From: Lama glama
Taxonomy: Eukaryota
Length of the DNA stretch: 64,000 nt
Assembly (NCBI GenBank): GCA_028534125.1
Contig: CM052817.1
Location: forward strand, 46,316,001-46,380,000
Direction of reading: 5' to 3'
Shown here: one piece after another, positions 48,501 through 62,775 of the stretch
Numbering within the stretch: the stretch's first letter is position 1
Layout of the letters: every line of letters starts with the position of its first letter
Position numbers and translations under genes: made by a program
Notes under the pieces: generated by a model
Database searches by the model: none
Told to the model about the DNA's origin: nothing
What the model saw: the letters and a program-made list of their open reading frames with translations, nothing else

Positions 48501-51500
48501 TTTCTGAGCACATGATATGATATTGTGTGATTGTGGTTGAAGGGTACAGATGGACAGATGAGGGGAAATGCTGGCACAATGCTGAAGTTCTCAGACATAC
48601 TTATTTCTAAATGAAACACTGCTGGTGGTAATGACACGGTGGGAGATTATTGTACCTGTAAATTATTGTATGAGAGGCAGTAATTAGGTAATTATTGGCG
48701 TTACTCTTCTTAATTAATTATTTGTTAGTTGAGTTGCTTATTCTAGCAACCCACCAAAAACATTAACCATTTTTTAGCATCTGCTGTGGTTGACATTTTC
48801 TTGGAATGAAGATATACGAGGAGGGATAAAGTTTTCTCTTGCAGAGAAACAGATCGGAAAGACAAAGAAATAATTACAATAGATTTCAGAGTAAGATCTA
48901 ATGGAGGTTGGATACGGTGCTTTGGAATTACAGCGTAGAAGACACATTAGCCAACACTGTTAATAATTTAGACTTAATAGTCCTAACTCTGTTTATGCTT
49001 GGTGACCACCATTCGCTTTCAAGTTCTGCTGCTCTCCATACAAAACTGGACATTAGTACAATCCCTTTGTTGTATCTGACACAGTGAAGAAATAAATAAT
49101 TGATATGGTTACATAATCTGCTTATTTCTTTTTACTTTTTTTCACTAAGGAGAAAGTTAAAATAGCTTCTCAATTACCAGATATACTTTAGAGTCTTATA
49201 AACATGGTGGTTGACAGGCTTTGCTGGCTTTTTAATTTGATTTTTGGGAAATGCAGTTTATTTTCATTGTGGTAAACTTTTTCTTTATTGACTGTAACAT
49301 CCCAGTTTTGTGTTGTGATTCTGCTGAAGAAAAATTCTTGCTTCTCTGTGGTGTCCTTAGCAGGTTCCTTGTTAGCTCAGGGGCTGTGCCCACTGCTGTT
49401 TGGTAAAGAACCAAGGGAAGGGAGGAGAGCAGTATTGGTTAGGTCCCAGTTCTGGGTGAGATGCAATGCAGATGAGCTTTTCATAATATCATTTTAATAA
49501 TTTCAAGAATGCTATGAAATTGATATCATTATTCTCATTTTTATAGATAAGAAAACTAAGGTAGAGATCTTAAAGGTAGAGTTAAAGTTCGAACTCAAGG
49601 CAGTCTTATTCAGAAGCCCATTGGCTCAAAGCCAGTCTTTCTCTGGACAAGAAAAGAAAGATTGGGAAAGACAGACAGCATGTAAATCTTAAGCCTACTG
49701 AGTGCATTTCACCTTTTAAGCTCCTCTAGAAGACAATGCATTAAAAAAAAAAACTTCAACCTAGTTTGTACTGGGAACCAAAAGAAAATGTAGGCGTGAT
49801 GGTAGCTACTATCCCCCAGAATGTCAACAACCCAGAGATTCTCCTGCTTGCACTAACTCTGCTGCAAACACTTCATCCCATGGACTTCTTAGAGATCTCC
49901 AACACTGGGTCAGTCTGTCAGACTGAAGATGAGTATTTGGCAGGGTGTGCAAAGGGCCTAGCTGGTCTAAGCATCCTATCTCTCCTAACTCTCTCAGTAT
50001 ATTGAAAGGCACAAATAAGGAAATAGACCATTATCATGGACCATCAAAGCTTGGCTCTGTCATAAAAGACTAGAGCAATGCTTTTAAACTACAAGTCATG
50101 ATGCATTGGTAGGTCATAAAATCAATTTTGTAGGTTGTAAGTATCATTTTAAAATATAATGGAATTAACTACAGCAGGATCAAATAAAAAAGAAAATATA
50201 CCATAATACAATACATATAATTAGTTTAAGTATTATTTTGTGATTTTTTGACTCATATACATGAGTAACACTGTAAAATTAAGCCCTTTATGCACAAGGT
50301 ATAGAAAAAGAATTTCCACAAGCAATAATACCTTTCAATGATTTTTGTTTCACTGATCAAAGTTGTGACTATACAATAAGTTCCTAGTTGGCAGACGTTA
50401 TCTGCTGAGAATTTCCAGTGAGAAAAAAAGAACATTGAAATAATGCCACTTTAATTTCATCACTCCCTGAGAGTTTGCACAACAGAGAGCTACAGTAAGT
50501 TATTGTACAACCTGTGCCGTTCCTGCCAGGAACGCCAGCTTCTGATGCTTCTGCAGATAAGGGTGACAGCTTCACAATGTTCTCATCAGAGTTAATCTGA
50601 AATAAAGGTTAACATGGAGCAAAGTTTGTTTTGCTTCTTTGGCCTGTTAGGTCATATTTGCTAATTATATATCCAACTAAGGACATTGTTTGTGGCAGAC
50701 ATCAAAAGGGACATAAAGAAAATAACAAAACTGTAAGATCTTACCACCTGCACCCCACTTCCTGATGTGTTCATTCTTCAGAAAATCAATTGAAGTACTT
50801 GTATTTCAATTTCAACACTCTTTTTTTCACCAAATGATCTTTGCTAAGTGTCTGATTCAACCCACCATACTATGACAGCACAAAGGATACCAATAATAAT
50901 AGTAACTATTAATAATCAGTAACAATTAGTAAAAATATACCATTTAATATTATATAAAACAAGGCTGAGACTGTGTGTGTGTGTATAAAATCTCCTCATA
51001 GTGAACTGAGGAAATAGATATTCAAAATACACACATTTTAAAGATTAGGAAAATAAGTCACATGTGCTATGCCTGCTAAGAAATTTGGACTGAAAGCAAA
51101 AGAGAAGCCTTGAATGTTTGTACATAGATGAATGACATCATTGTAATTGTATTTTAGCAGGATAATTCTTGCAGCAATGAAGGTGAAATATGAGGGGTAA
51201 ATTCAAAAAGGGGGCAAAGCTCTTTGAGAAATGATTATCTACTCTCATACCAATGTATCTCTGCATCCCCCCTTACGTGTACTCTACATTTACAGAATGA
51301 TAAACTCTTCTCAAACATGCAATAATCATTCAGACTTTAGGGTGCTTGCACCCACTTCTTTTTTTTTTTTTTTTTTTTGCAGTTTCATTCTTCCCATAAC
51401 CAACTCTTCCTTCAAGATCAAGCTCATCTGTTGGTCCCTGCAGGAAGCAATTACTTACATGTCATTTCCCTTTACGTAGTAGCATGATATGGTAGAAAGA

Positions 51501-52199
51501 TCAAGGGGTTGGGAATCAGCCAAATTTCTCTGCCTTTAATGTATGACCTTGAGCAAGTTCTTTAAGGCTTTTTAGATTGCTTCCTCAATTGTTAAATGGG
51601 AATAATTATCCTTGGCATCTATCAAGCCTTTGTGAGATGGTGACACTTACGATTATGTTTTTCCAGCTACCTAGTCTCCTCTTCCTCTTCTTATGGCATT
51701 TTATTTAATCTATACAAATATTTGCCATGTTAGATTGGAATTATCTTAGCCTGTGAGCGAGGGTGGAGGCTCATTTTTGGATCCCAGTCTATAGCACAAT
51801 TTCTGGCACAGAACACGATGCCTGTTATAGAGTATATGTTGAAATGAATGATGTGGGCCTATCCTGGGGGTAGTTAGAGAATAGATAAATATCTGACAGT
51901 TATATGGGGAGCACTGTAGGAGTTGATGACTGCAATACTCATTGCCTAACCAGCAGTGGTGATCTGATGCTTAGAATGAACATCAGACTGATGGCACTCA
52001 ATAGGCTTCACCAGCATCAAGTTTACTTAGCTTTCCAAAAGGACACAGAAAGATGCAACACTGCATGTGAAAGGCACTATGATCAATGGACTGTGTGGAT
52101 GTTTTGGTCAGCATTATTAAGATTTTGTTTATGTAAAAAGAAATTGAACAATTTTAGGTGTAAAATTTGATGACTTTTGACAAAACTTGTTCTTACCAA

Positions 52200-54080
52200 C
52201 CATCATACACATGTAAGATTTCTACGTTGCCTTGAATAATTGAGCATTTATCATTGTGAAATGACTCTTTACTACCAGCAATAGTTTTTGTTCTGAAATC
52301 TGCATATATTATAGACATCCAGTTTCACTTTGATTAATATTAATATGGTAAATCTTTTTAAATTCTCTTACTTTTAAACTACCCAGATCTTTATATTTAA
52401 AATAAGTTATTGTATTAACGTATGTTTAAATTTTGTTTTTCTATAGACTGATAGTCATGACCTTTCATTGGAGCATTTATCTCATTTACATTTAATATGA
52501 TTCTCTGGAGGATTGGGTTTATATTTACCATTATGCTATTTTATCTCCTGTTTGTCTCATACACTCCCTGATAATTCTGCTTCTTTTTCTGCTTGCCATC
52601 TTTTGAGTTAATTGCTATTTTATTTTAACATTTCATTTAATAGTATTACCAGTATTACCTTATTAGTTATCCCTTTTAAAGAATTTCTCTGGGGTTTATC
52701 AGTGTCTACCTTAACATAAGGTGCCTTCACAGATAGTGTAATAATCTTACAGCAGTATACTTCCTTTTCCCTCTCCCTGACTCTTTGCTATTGTCACACA
52801 TTTTACTTCTTCATATGTTATAAACTTCACAATACATTGTTGCTATTTTTGCCTTAAATAGTCAATTTTTAGCAGACTTTTAAATAATATAAATATGTTT
52901 TATATTCATGTCCGTATTTCCTATTCCAGATGCCCTTCTTTCTTTGTATCCAAGTTTCTATCTGGTATTATTTTACTTCTGCCTGGAAGACTTCTTTTAA
53001 CATTGTTGGTCTGCTGGTAATAAATTCTTCTCATCTTTTGTATGTCTGAAAAAAATCTTTGTTTCATCATTTTTGAAAGTCTTTTTTTTGTTGTTGTTTT
53101 TTTTTTTTGTTTTTAGTTTAGAATTCCAGGTTAATCAGCATGGGCTGCATGGTTTCTGATGTGATGAGCAGTCTGCTCTCTTTCTCATCTTTGTTCTTCT
53201 GTTCAGAGTATGGGTTTTTAACTCTGGCTGCTTTAAAATTTACTCTTTGTCACTGATGTGTATGTGTGCACTTTGATTATAATGTATCTTAGTTTTATTT
53301 TATCTGTGTTTTTACTGCTGGAGGATTATTGAGCTTCCTGGATATAATTTTCATCAGATTTGGAAAAATTTTGGCTATTATTTCTTCAAATTTTTTTCTG
53401 GCTCCCCTTCACCCCACCACTTTCTGAGACTCCAATTCTATGTGTGTTAGGCTGTGTGATATTGTCCCCTGGTTCACTGATGATCTCTTCATTTTAAAAA
53501 TCTTTTCTGTCTGTGAGTAATTTTCAAGACTTTCTATCACTGTGTCTTCAAGTTCACTGAATTTTTCTTCTGCAATGTATAATCTGCTGGGAATTCAGCC
53601 AGTGTATTTTTTATTTCAGTCATTGCATTTTTACCCTCTAAATTTTTCACTTGGGTGGTTTTTATTCCTTCCACTTCTCTCCTCATCGTGTTCTTCCTTT
53701 CAACCAGTTTTTGAATCTGTGGATTATATTAATAATAACAGTTTTAACATCCTTGTCTACTAATCTATTACTGGCCATTCCTGGTTTTCTGTTTTCCTCC
53801 TGCTAGAAATAGTGATACTTTTCTGCTTCTTTGTATGGTTCATAATTTTTGATTGGATGTCAAGTGTTGTGAATTTTTTGTTTGTTATAAATATAGTTAC
53901 ATATTTCATATTACTTTAAATATTTTTTCACTTTGTTCTGGGATGCAGCTAGGTTACTTGGGGTTGATTTGACTTTGAAGGCTAGATTTTAAAATATCTT
54001 AGTGTGGGTTCAAAAAACCCCTTAGATAAGGATTAATTTGACCCCACCACTGAGGTAATACCTTTCTGAAGACTCTACCT
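52200..54080 (-). mobile_element. Old L1M fragment, antisense
   Basis: catttacatttaatatgatt, tttcatcagatttggaaaaattttggctattatttcttcaaat, tcttcaagttcactga antisense L1 motifs. Confidence 0.65.
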
Positions 54081-57000
54081 TTGAGCCTGATATGTGCTTT
54101 GAATTAGGACAATTTTCAATTGCATAGGATAACTTATATGATGATATTCTGTTTTTGTAATAGAATTTTTAAAAATTCAATATAATTATACATTACTAAT
54201 CACTAGACAAACTGAAAATTTTTAGATTACAAAGGACTTTCTGAATAATACATTTATCCAGGGTATAATCTTTTTTGTCACATCTTTACAGCCATTTTCC
54301 CCTCTATCTTACATAAATATCCATTACAAACATAGATGGAAAATAGACAAAGCTTTATGAGATAAGAAGCAGTTAGCTCAGTTGTGTGCCTTATAGTAAT
54401 TACAGTTAAAACAAAAGCAAAGCCAGTGGTGGTTATTTTAAATTCTGAGCTTTCAACTTGCCCTTATAAAAGTTCAAACCCTACTGTCCTCCAAATTACT
54501 TTCTTGAATCTTCAAGCATTGAGTGGTGACTCTGAATTTTGCTCCATAAACTTGAGTGCACAGGAAAATTTAAATTTCTTCAGTTCTTTAAAACAGATTA
54601 AAATTTAATCCTATCCCACGAAAAAGAAAATTATTCAATCTCAGTCATTATTGTGGTTCCCTGATCACACTCCTTGGTAGTGCAAAGGTCCCAAGTGATT
54701 TATGCAGAGCAAAGCATCCAGGAATATCCCTTTGGACTTTGGTTTAAACTTGTTTTCTATAAAAGGATAAACATTGGCATGGTCATTTGAATTGCAGCAC
54801 TGTGCAACTTTTTCCATTCTGTAGCACAGAAATTGTTGCTATGGTTGATAATACCAGTGCTTACCAGTCTTCTAAGTACAGAATCCAGCCTTTCTTTCAT
54901 ATTCTTATTACCTCCTTGGAAGGAGAGAGCTGAGAGGAAAAGCAAAATTGTTAATCTTGGCAGTGTGTTGAACTGTGACAGTCCCTTTTTCCTTCCTACT
55001 CTTCCATCTCTGTGGTATTCAGCAGAGAACTAAGTGAAGATGAAGGGTTGATCATGAGTTCAAAAAGAACGGGAGATGCAGAGAGTTGTGAGAAAAAGGG
55101 AATAAAAAAATGAAAGATCTTTAAGAGAAAGAAAAGAGAAGCAAGTCCAAGGGATATGAAGTTCTTTCATCAGCTTTGAATTTGTCTTTAGACCAACTGG
55201 TGGTCCAAGATTCATGAATTGAGACTTTGAAACAGAAAGTAAAATTAAGAGTAGCCAAATGGTAGAATGGAGAAAGGAGCCACTTCTGTGTTCTAATGCT
55301 CTTCTTGTTCTGTGTTTTCTTCTTGCTTCTGTTGGATGTTTACCAAACTGACATCAAGATAATGTGGGACATGGACTAAACTGTCTCTTCCTTTCCACGG
55401 TGGCGATAGAGTTCTGAGGTTACATACATTAAATGATGGATTCGTTTATTAAGCCACGCCTATGTTTTCAAGATTAGGAGAGTCACTGAGATCCAGAAAT
55501 CAAAATATATACCCCTTAGTTCACAAGAGCCACAGTTTGGTTGAGCAAAGAAGGATGTCAGCAGGCAATAATAATATAGTATTTATGCCAGACATTATAT
55601 ATATGTGCTAAGGATAAAAATAGGAGCAAAATACTGTCACTGTTCTTACAGAGTTTAAATTCTAAAAGAGAATAGACAAATAGAGGGGGGAATAAAGTGT
55701 ATCATGTTATGGCCAATTCCACATGGGGTCCAGTACTGTCCTCAGGCTCGGGAAAAAGGGGACCTTTGACCATAACCAAATTTTCAGAAGGCTACCCTAT
55801 CAGCAACATATAAAAAATAAATGTACCAGAGAACATACGGGCACCTCTACCGCATAAGGAACCAGAGCCCAGTGTGGGCACTGAATGACCTTTAACATCC
55901 TAAAAATCCTTAACCCTAAATATCCACTCTCTTGACTAACATAGTACAGTCCCAGGGCTGAGTTGTTCCAGGGTAACAAACTGGGGAGGCTAAGGAATGA
56001 TAAATGTGGCGGTTGGACTCCCTTCCATTCTCTTCTGCCCTGGAATGCCTATGAAGAGCTGGAGATGTGTTTTAAAAAACAGAATTTTCACAGGGGGACT
56101 TGGGCTAAGAAGCTTGAGGGACCTCAAAATGTCATACTCTTGTGACCAATAATTTTCTGATCTTCTCAATAAACATGACCTGAAGGAATCTGTCCACTGT
56201 GTATTTTCTTATTTATTGTGGAAGATTAGTGACTGTCTAGATAATTTATCATAAGCAACCCATTATAATGTGCGAACATGATGTAAAATTCATGGTTCAT
56301 TTTTTAATCTAATTACTGCTTCAGAAATCTTATTGACAATTCAAGTCACTGCATTAGCAAAGTGAAATCTCTAATTAAAATGAATAATAAAACTATCTAA
56401 GGATTAATAATTCAAGTCACATCTACTTTGGCATGACTGTCTGTAGAACACAAATTTTGTGAAAATTTTAATTATAAAAACTTAAGAATTAATTTTGCTG
56501 AAATGTAGACAAGAAGAATAAATTTTATACAACTAATATAGTATAACTCATGGATCATGTACATCTTTATTTTGTATGCATCCAAACATGGCCTGGACAA
56601 TCACAGAACACCCAGATACGTGGAATAATCAAATTCAGCTATCTTTGCTATTCTATTTACTCTCATCATATAAAATCCATAAGCTTTCTGTATTTTTTAA
56701 CATGCTTTGATATACATTTGTCAAGGTAGGAAGACAGAACTATTTTATTTAACATTTTGTTAGCTTGTTTAGAAAGTTTCAAATATTTAGGCAGGAGAAT
56801 ATGGGCCTCTCTCTGAACCTTCCTTCAAGACCTCACCCACATTAGATATGGGCCTGGGTGCATGGATATTGGGGAAATGCATTTGGGGAACGATTCCTGG
56901 AAAGTATCCTAGAAAAGATGACTGAGGAAATGAATTTGGGGGGAAAAAAGTTGAGTAATATAATAATGTATTTTAATTTGTGCTCAATTTGATACCCCTT

Positions 57001-57272
57001 TAGGACTTACTGATTTTGGAAACAAAAATTATTTACCTAATATTTTTATCTACACACAGAGTTCATTTTATAATGCTTGGAATGCAACAGTCCTTAATGG
57101 CTTGAAATAGGACATTCTGGAGAAGAAAGAGAAATGGAGTATGGGTAATAAGTTTTAATGGTTAAGACCTCAGATGGGAAGGTTATATTAAGGGATGTAA
57201 TGCGTGTTTTTCTTTCAAGAATACTTTCTTGGCCAATTAATAAATGTTATTTTCACTATAATCAATTCTTGA

Positions 57273-57416
57273 TAACATAATACAACACGGTATTATTAGG
57301 AAAAGCAAAGAATTATCATCCTGCCTTCAGTGGTTCCTCAGAGTAACATAATACAACACGGCATTATTAGGAAAAGCAAAGAATTATCATTCTGCCTTCA
57401 GTGGTTCCTCAGAGTA
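57273..57416. repeat. 71-bp tandem duplication
   Basis: Copies start at 57273 and 57344 and differ at 2 positions. Confidence 0.92.
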
Positions 57417-60400
57417 TCCTTGAAAACATCTTGAGTGGGAGACAGACCTAGTTTTCAGTGGTTTAATAACCTAACTTACTCTACACACTTGCTCTAAGTT
57501 AATTTGTTCTGATTTTAAGCAAATCTTTTTCATAATTAAATAAAAAAACACTAGTTAGTTCCATTTATTGGAGCACTCTAGGTGTAGAAATTTCAACAGC
57601 AGGAAGGAAGTTTATTTCTCAACTTCTACTTATTACTCAAGAGGTATCAAATTGCACATGAATTAACAGCAGGAAAGTAATTGTCATTTCCTGGTGTGAG
57701 ACTGCCACAGTTAGGGCAAAAGGCTGACCTGGTCATCATGTGTCTTGGGATTTGCTCCCTGACAACTGAGCCTTGTCGTGCTCAGTTTATAGGAACCACG
57801 TCACTCTATTAAGTAGAGAGGAATCCAGATCTTAGAGCAAGGATATGGGGTCAGTCGTCTTGCCAAGTACATCTTTGGTACTTAACCTTTGGCTACTGCT
57901 AGCTTCTCGTTGACTGGCATTGCCGCAGGACATGCTTCTTGGGCTACTGGCTCAACAAACCAAAATATCAGCAAGATGAATAGTGCTGCGCAATATGCAT
58001 TACTTTGAACAAACAATGTTATGGGGGAAAAAATCAGCAGGACTTAGCCTGCAGCCTCAGACTGGCCAGCCTCGCGTCCACCAAGAGGAGCAAAAATGAA
58101 ACAAGAGGAGGAACAGTCTGACCTTGGCGGGGAAGATAACAGGCTGCCCACAGACTCCTGATCATGTTGTTCCCCTCTTTCTGTTGAAATGTCTGGCCCA
58201 TGACAAATTTATGCAAATGTAACATGGAAAATAATTTCTTGAAGACAACTTCTTTGTGTCAAATGTTTCCTTGGTTTTCTTTGGCTTTCTTAGACTATAG
58301 ATGATAATTAGCTTATTTTAAAGTCTAGCCCTTCCAGTTTTCCTCCAAGCTAGGGTCAAGGAGTGTTTATTTCACAGAAAGGCCAAGGCCTTACATGCAG
58401 TGGGGGAGTGAGAGAGGCCCCGGGGTCAGGGTGAGAACTCAGGGCAGTTTCCCTGATACTCTATACCTTTCTCCCACTCCTCCTCCCATTTCAAAGTGGC
58501 CAGAGTTCACTCAAGGAATAGTAACTGTCGTCTAAACCGGGGAACAGAGATGCCTGTCCTTTGAGGGGTAAAACCACTTCACTTTATTCAAGCCCCTACT
58601 CAAAAAACTCCTCTTGGAGAAAGGATATGCACTCTGACAGCCTAGAGTAGAACATAGTCATAGTTTTATTAAAAGAGAAATGCAGAAGAAGTAAATCTTC
58701 TGTAATTGCAGAGCAGTCATCCCGGGGAACCGTAGGAGCTCACCCTTGGTCAGGGAGGGTTTCCTGTTGTCGCTTACTGTCATTGCTGTTCTCAAGCCAG
58801 CTCATCCCACTGCAAGAGCTGAGTGTAAAGTTATTAATTCTGTTAGGCAGCTATTAACTTTTGGAAGCATAGATTTGGCCATGACGGGGTGCTTACACCA
58901 TGGAAATCAGCAAATGCTATAAATCTGAGCTTTTTTTTTTTTTGAAAGCTGCTTTACTGACACGTTGCACACTACACACATATACAATTCCTCTCAGATC
59001 TGCATGAACACGGTCTCCTTTTCCCTCCCCTTCTATAGCCTAGATCCTCTGCTCCTTTATCTGGACTTTTTTTTCCTCTTAGCTGTCCTTTTCTCTCTCA
59101 TTCTTGATTTTTCCCTTCGACTTTACAATTCAGACGTTTATACACAGAAGATTCTTGGGAGTTTGTTCTCACTGGACTGATCAGCAAAAACCACATGTTT
59201 CTGTTTGTTTTTTGTTTTTGTTCTTGTTTTTTGCACAAGCCAAAGCTCTAGAGAAATGCTGTAAGATGAAAAAAATTTTCCCTCTGGAATCATAAACCTG
59301 GACACTCCTGCCTAAATGTCCCAGGGCTGGTGAGGCATTCTGTTGTACCTGAATTACTATTAGCAGACACCAAGTGGGAATTCTCAGTGACGGGCTCTCC
59401 CAATCTGCCTCAGTCCCAGAACATGCTGTTTTTTCTGAGCAACAATTGAGGTCGGTAAGTCTTAGGAGGAAAATGTGTATTTGTGGTTGGCTTAAATAAT
59501 CCTATGTGAATGTGAAACAAGATAGTGTTTTAGAAATGAAAGAACCTTAGAAATAATCTCGTCTAATTTGCTTATTAATCTGGTGAGTAACCAGAGGAAC
59601 AGAGAGATACTAGCAGAACCAGGACTAGAATTCATATCCTGTCTCCCACTTCTGGGAATTTTCCAATCTGCAACAATGCCTATTTTTAAAATATTATAAC
59701 CAGGGCCAAGGTAATGTTTATCCAACTCAACAAATACTTTTTTTGACTATCAGATCTATATATATCTGCACTTATTTATGCTAGACTAGGAGTTGGGGGC
59801 TCCAGACAAGTTCCCTACGTTTCTAGAGCTTTCTTCTGAGAACCAAGACTATTTGTGTTAGCATGACTTAGCTCTGTGTTCCAGGAAATTCTTACTTCAA
59901 AAATAAAACTGTCATCCAATGGGGAACTTTATTGTTTGCTTCAGGAAATTCTGGTAAGTCAGTTTATCCGGGTCAGTGATCTGCTAATCTCGGCTAAGTG
60001 CTCATGTATCAGATAAGAGACTGCTTATCAAGATTCCTGTCCAGATTCTCACCTCACCTGTCCACCAATCCAAATTACTATGTTAGCAACTTTGCCCAGT
60101 TCCAGGCAATTCTCATGAATGACCTGTTTTAAACTTCTTTTTATCCCAGTCCCCCTAATACCCTTCTTCGAGGCACTACGACTCTGTCCAAATACTCTTC
60201 ACCATGTTGCATAAGTCTTTTACCTTTTCCTGATCAAAAGGTTTCTGTTGTTAGTATTTCTGAGGAGGTGGCAGTCGACTTGTACTGGAGAAGAGGATAT
60301 GAGAGGAGGGTATATGTTTCTCATGGCCTGTTTGGGTGTGATAGGGGAGTTCACTTGCCACATTCTACAGCGAGGTAACTGGCCCTGCAAATGTCTGGCT

Positions 60401-62524
60401 GCATGTTGTTTTACAAACTTGGCAGCACACAGAGGTTTCCTGTGACATTCCAATTAAAAAATGTTCTACCCTCCAGTGCATACCAAGGATTGGACAGACT
60501 ACTCTCTGATTCTAAAAGTGTGATGTCAGAATTCATCAGAGTTTGCAAGAGTGGGTGATTCTGAACGCAAGTAGAAGAAAGACAGTCATTGGAGGAGCAA
60601 ATCCAAGAAGCCACAAAATGTTAACGTTATCCCAAACTAGATAGGAAAGTTTTTGATTTTATGGGATTTTAAAAACTATTGTCATTATGTATTTTGCTTA
60701 GGATTTAAGTCACTGTTTTCTCTAAATACTTTTGTGTAAAATGCTGCCCTGTCCCTCCATTGAAAGTGCTATCTGTGGCCTGAACTATAGTAACCACAAG
60801 CACCGAAATACAGGGGGACCCTGGACTGGTCACATGAGGTGGCCTCTGGGAGGCTTCATCATGGCCTGGACGACACAGCCCTCAAAGCCCTCTACCTCCT
60901 TTGCCTTTAATCCCATCCAATCTTTGGTAATAAGACATTTAGCACAAAATAACTTCTGGTTAGAAGATAGATAGCAACCTGTGGGCTGGATTAGGACAGT
61001 GGCATTTTGGATTAAAAAGAAACTGCTACCCTATTCACTGTGGTTTAAGCCAAACTGAATTTGTTAGTTAGAAATTTGGCTATAAAATTGACTTAAAAAT
61101 TTGTGTAAATATCAATTTCTCAAAGAAGAATTATACACATACTTATTATGCACCTGCTAAGTTTAGCATTTTCTATGTACACTTGCTCTGAAAGACGGGT
61201 CCAGCCCTTGTCCCAAAAGAGTTTACAGTGTAGATGGGAGACCACCTGACACCTCATCTGACACCTGATAGCAATTCCAGGTAAACTGCCTTAAGTGCTG
61301 TAAGAATTCAGACTAAGAGCCACCTCACAGCTGCCCCAAATTCCCTTCTGAGGTCAGAAGTCAGAATCTCATTCTTGTTAAGTAGAATTCACTCCATCAA
61401 AAAGGATGTATTGAGAGCCTACTATGTTCAAGGCAGTGTTTAGGACTTTGAGTGAATAAAATAGATAGAAATCTCTGCCCTCACGGAGCTCACATTCTAG
61501 TGGGTCCTGGTATACCTGCTTTGGTACTGGGTTCATCTTCCCATGCGTGGCCATGTCCCAGGATGCTTTGCAGCACTCAAGGTGAGCGTGATGGTTGAAG
61601 GGAGCAAGATGAGTTATGAGAACTGGCATGGGGACTCATCCTCAGAAAGGAAGCACAGAGCAAGGAAGGAGAAATTATTTCCTCTTACAATTTACCTCAA
61701 GCATGTTCTTGACCATTTCTAATCCAAAGCAGTAATTCATGGACCCGGCACACTTTCACTTTTTATAAGGGCTGTCTTTTGGATATACCATCCTGAAAAC
61801 TATGTGAGAGGCTCTGTGTGGAGACTGGAGCCTGGTGCAGTCTGCTGGATCTGGGTCTGAAGAACTGGGTCCGGGGCCTCAGCTCTGTAACTACTAGCTG
61901 TGTGACCACGGGCCAGTTAGCCTCTCTGTTACTCGTGACAGATCATTCTGAAAACTCCAAAGTGTTTCACAAATGTGCAAGATCACTAATATATAAACAT
62001 ATTCATATCCAGGTTTGTAGGTCTTGAAGTTACAGTAGAGGTCGCGACAAAGAACAACAGCTGGGCAATGCTGAAAAGAGTGGGGATTCAAATATACATT
62101 GAGTGTCTGCTCGATTCTATGTGCTGCAGGGTGCAGGCTTTTTCTGTGGTTTAGTGTGTTGGAGTCTCACACCTGGTAACCTCACCAGGCAGGATTATCA
62201 ATCCTTCATCTATGAGTTAACTGGGATTCAGAGAGGTTGCTCTTAGTCACACAGGCAGCAAATGGGGGAGCTTGGGTTCTAAATCAGAGCAGTGTGACAT
62301 GTGATGCTCTTCCACCTGGGCCAGGTGGCTGCCCGTGGGCACCAAGTGGTCCTGTCACAATGCTTGATTAAAATACCATTTCCCTGAAACAAAGAAATGA
62401 TGGTTGTTGTTGTTTTTTGCCAGAGGAAACATTTTGAGCATATTTAAATATATACGAGGATCATTTCTTTTTTAAAAAAATTTTTTAAACAATTTATTTG
62501 GTTATGAATATATGACTTTTTTTT

Positions 62525-62775
62525 TACTTGTTTTTCAGCTTTATTGAGGTATAATTAGGAAGATTGTAAGACATTTAAAGTGTACATTGTGATGATTTGA
62601 TATGTGTATACATTGTGAAAGGATCCCTCCCATCTAGTTAATTAACACGTCCATCACCTCACACACTTTTTTTTTTTGTAAGAACATATAAGTTCTACTC
62701 TCTTAAGAAATTTCAGTTACACAGCACAGTATTATCAACTAGTCACCACGTTATACATTAGATTCTCTGGCTTAT
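62525..62775 (-). mobile_element. L1MA-type 3' end, antisense
   Basis: ttttcagctttattgaggtataatt...tacattgtgaaagga...ccatcacctcacac. Confidence 0.75.

Noticed and set aside
50455..50480. TGCAAACTCTCAGGGAGTGAT resembling a chemokine exon-2 end (CxxxEVI)
   Set aside because: Needs a frameshift, has no GT donor and no upstream CXC motif.
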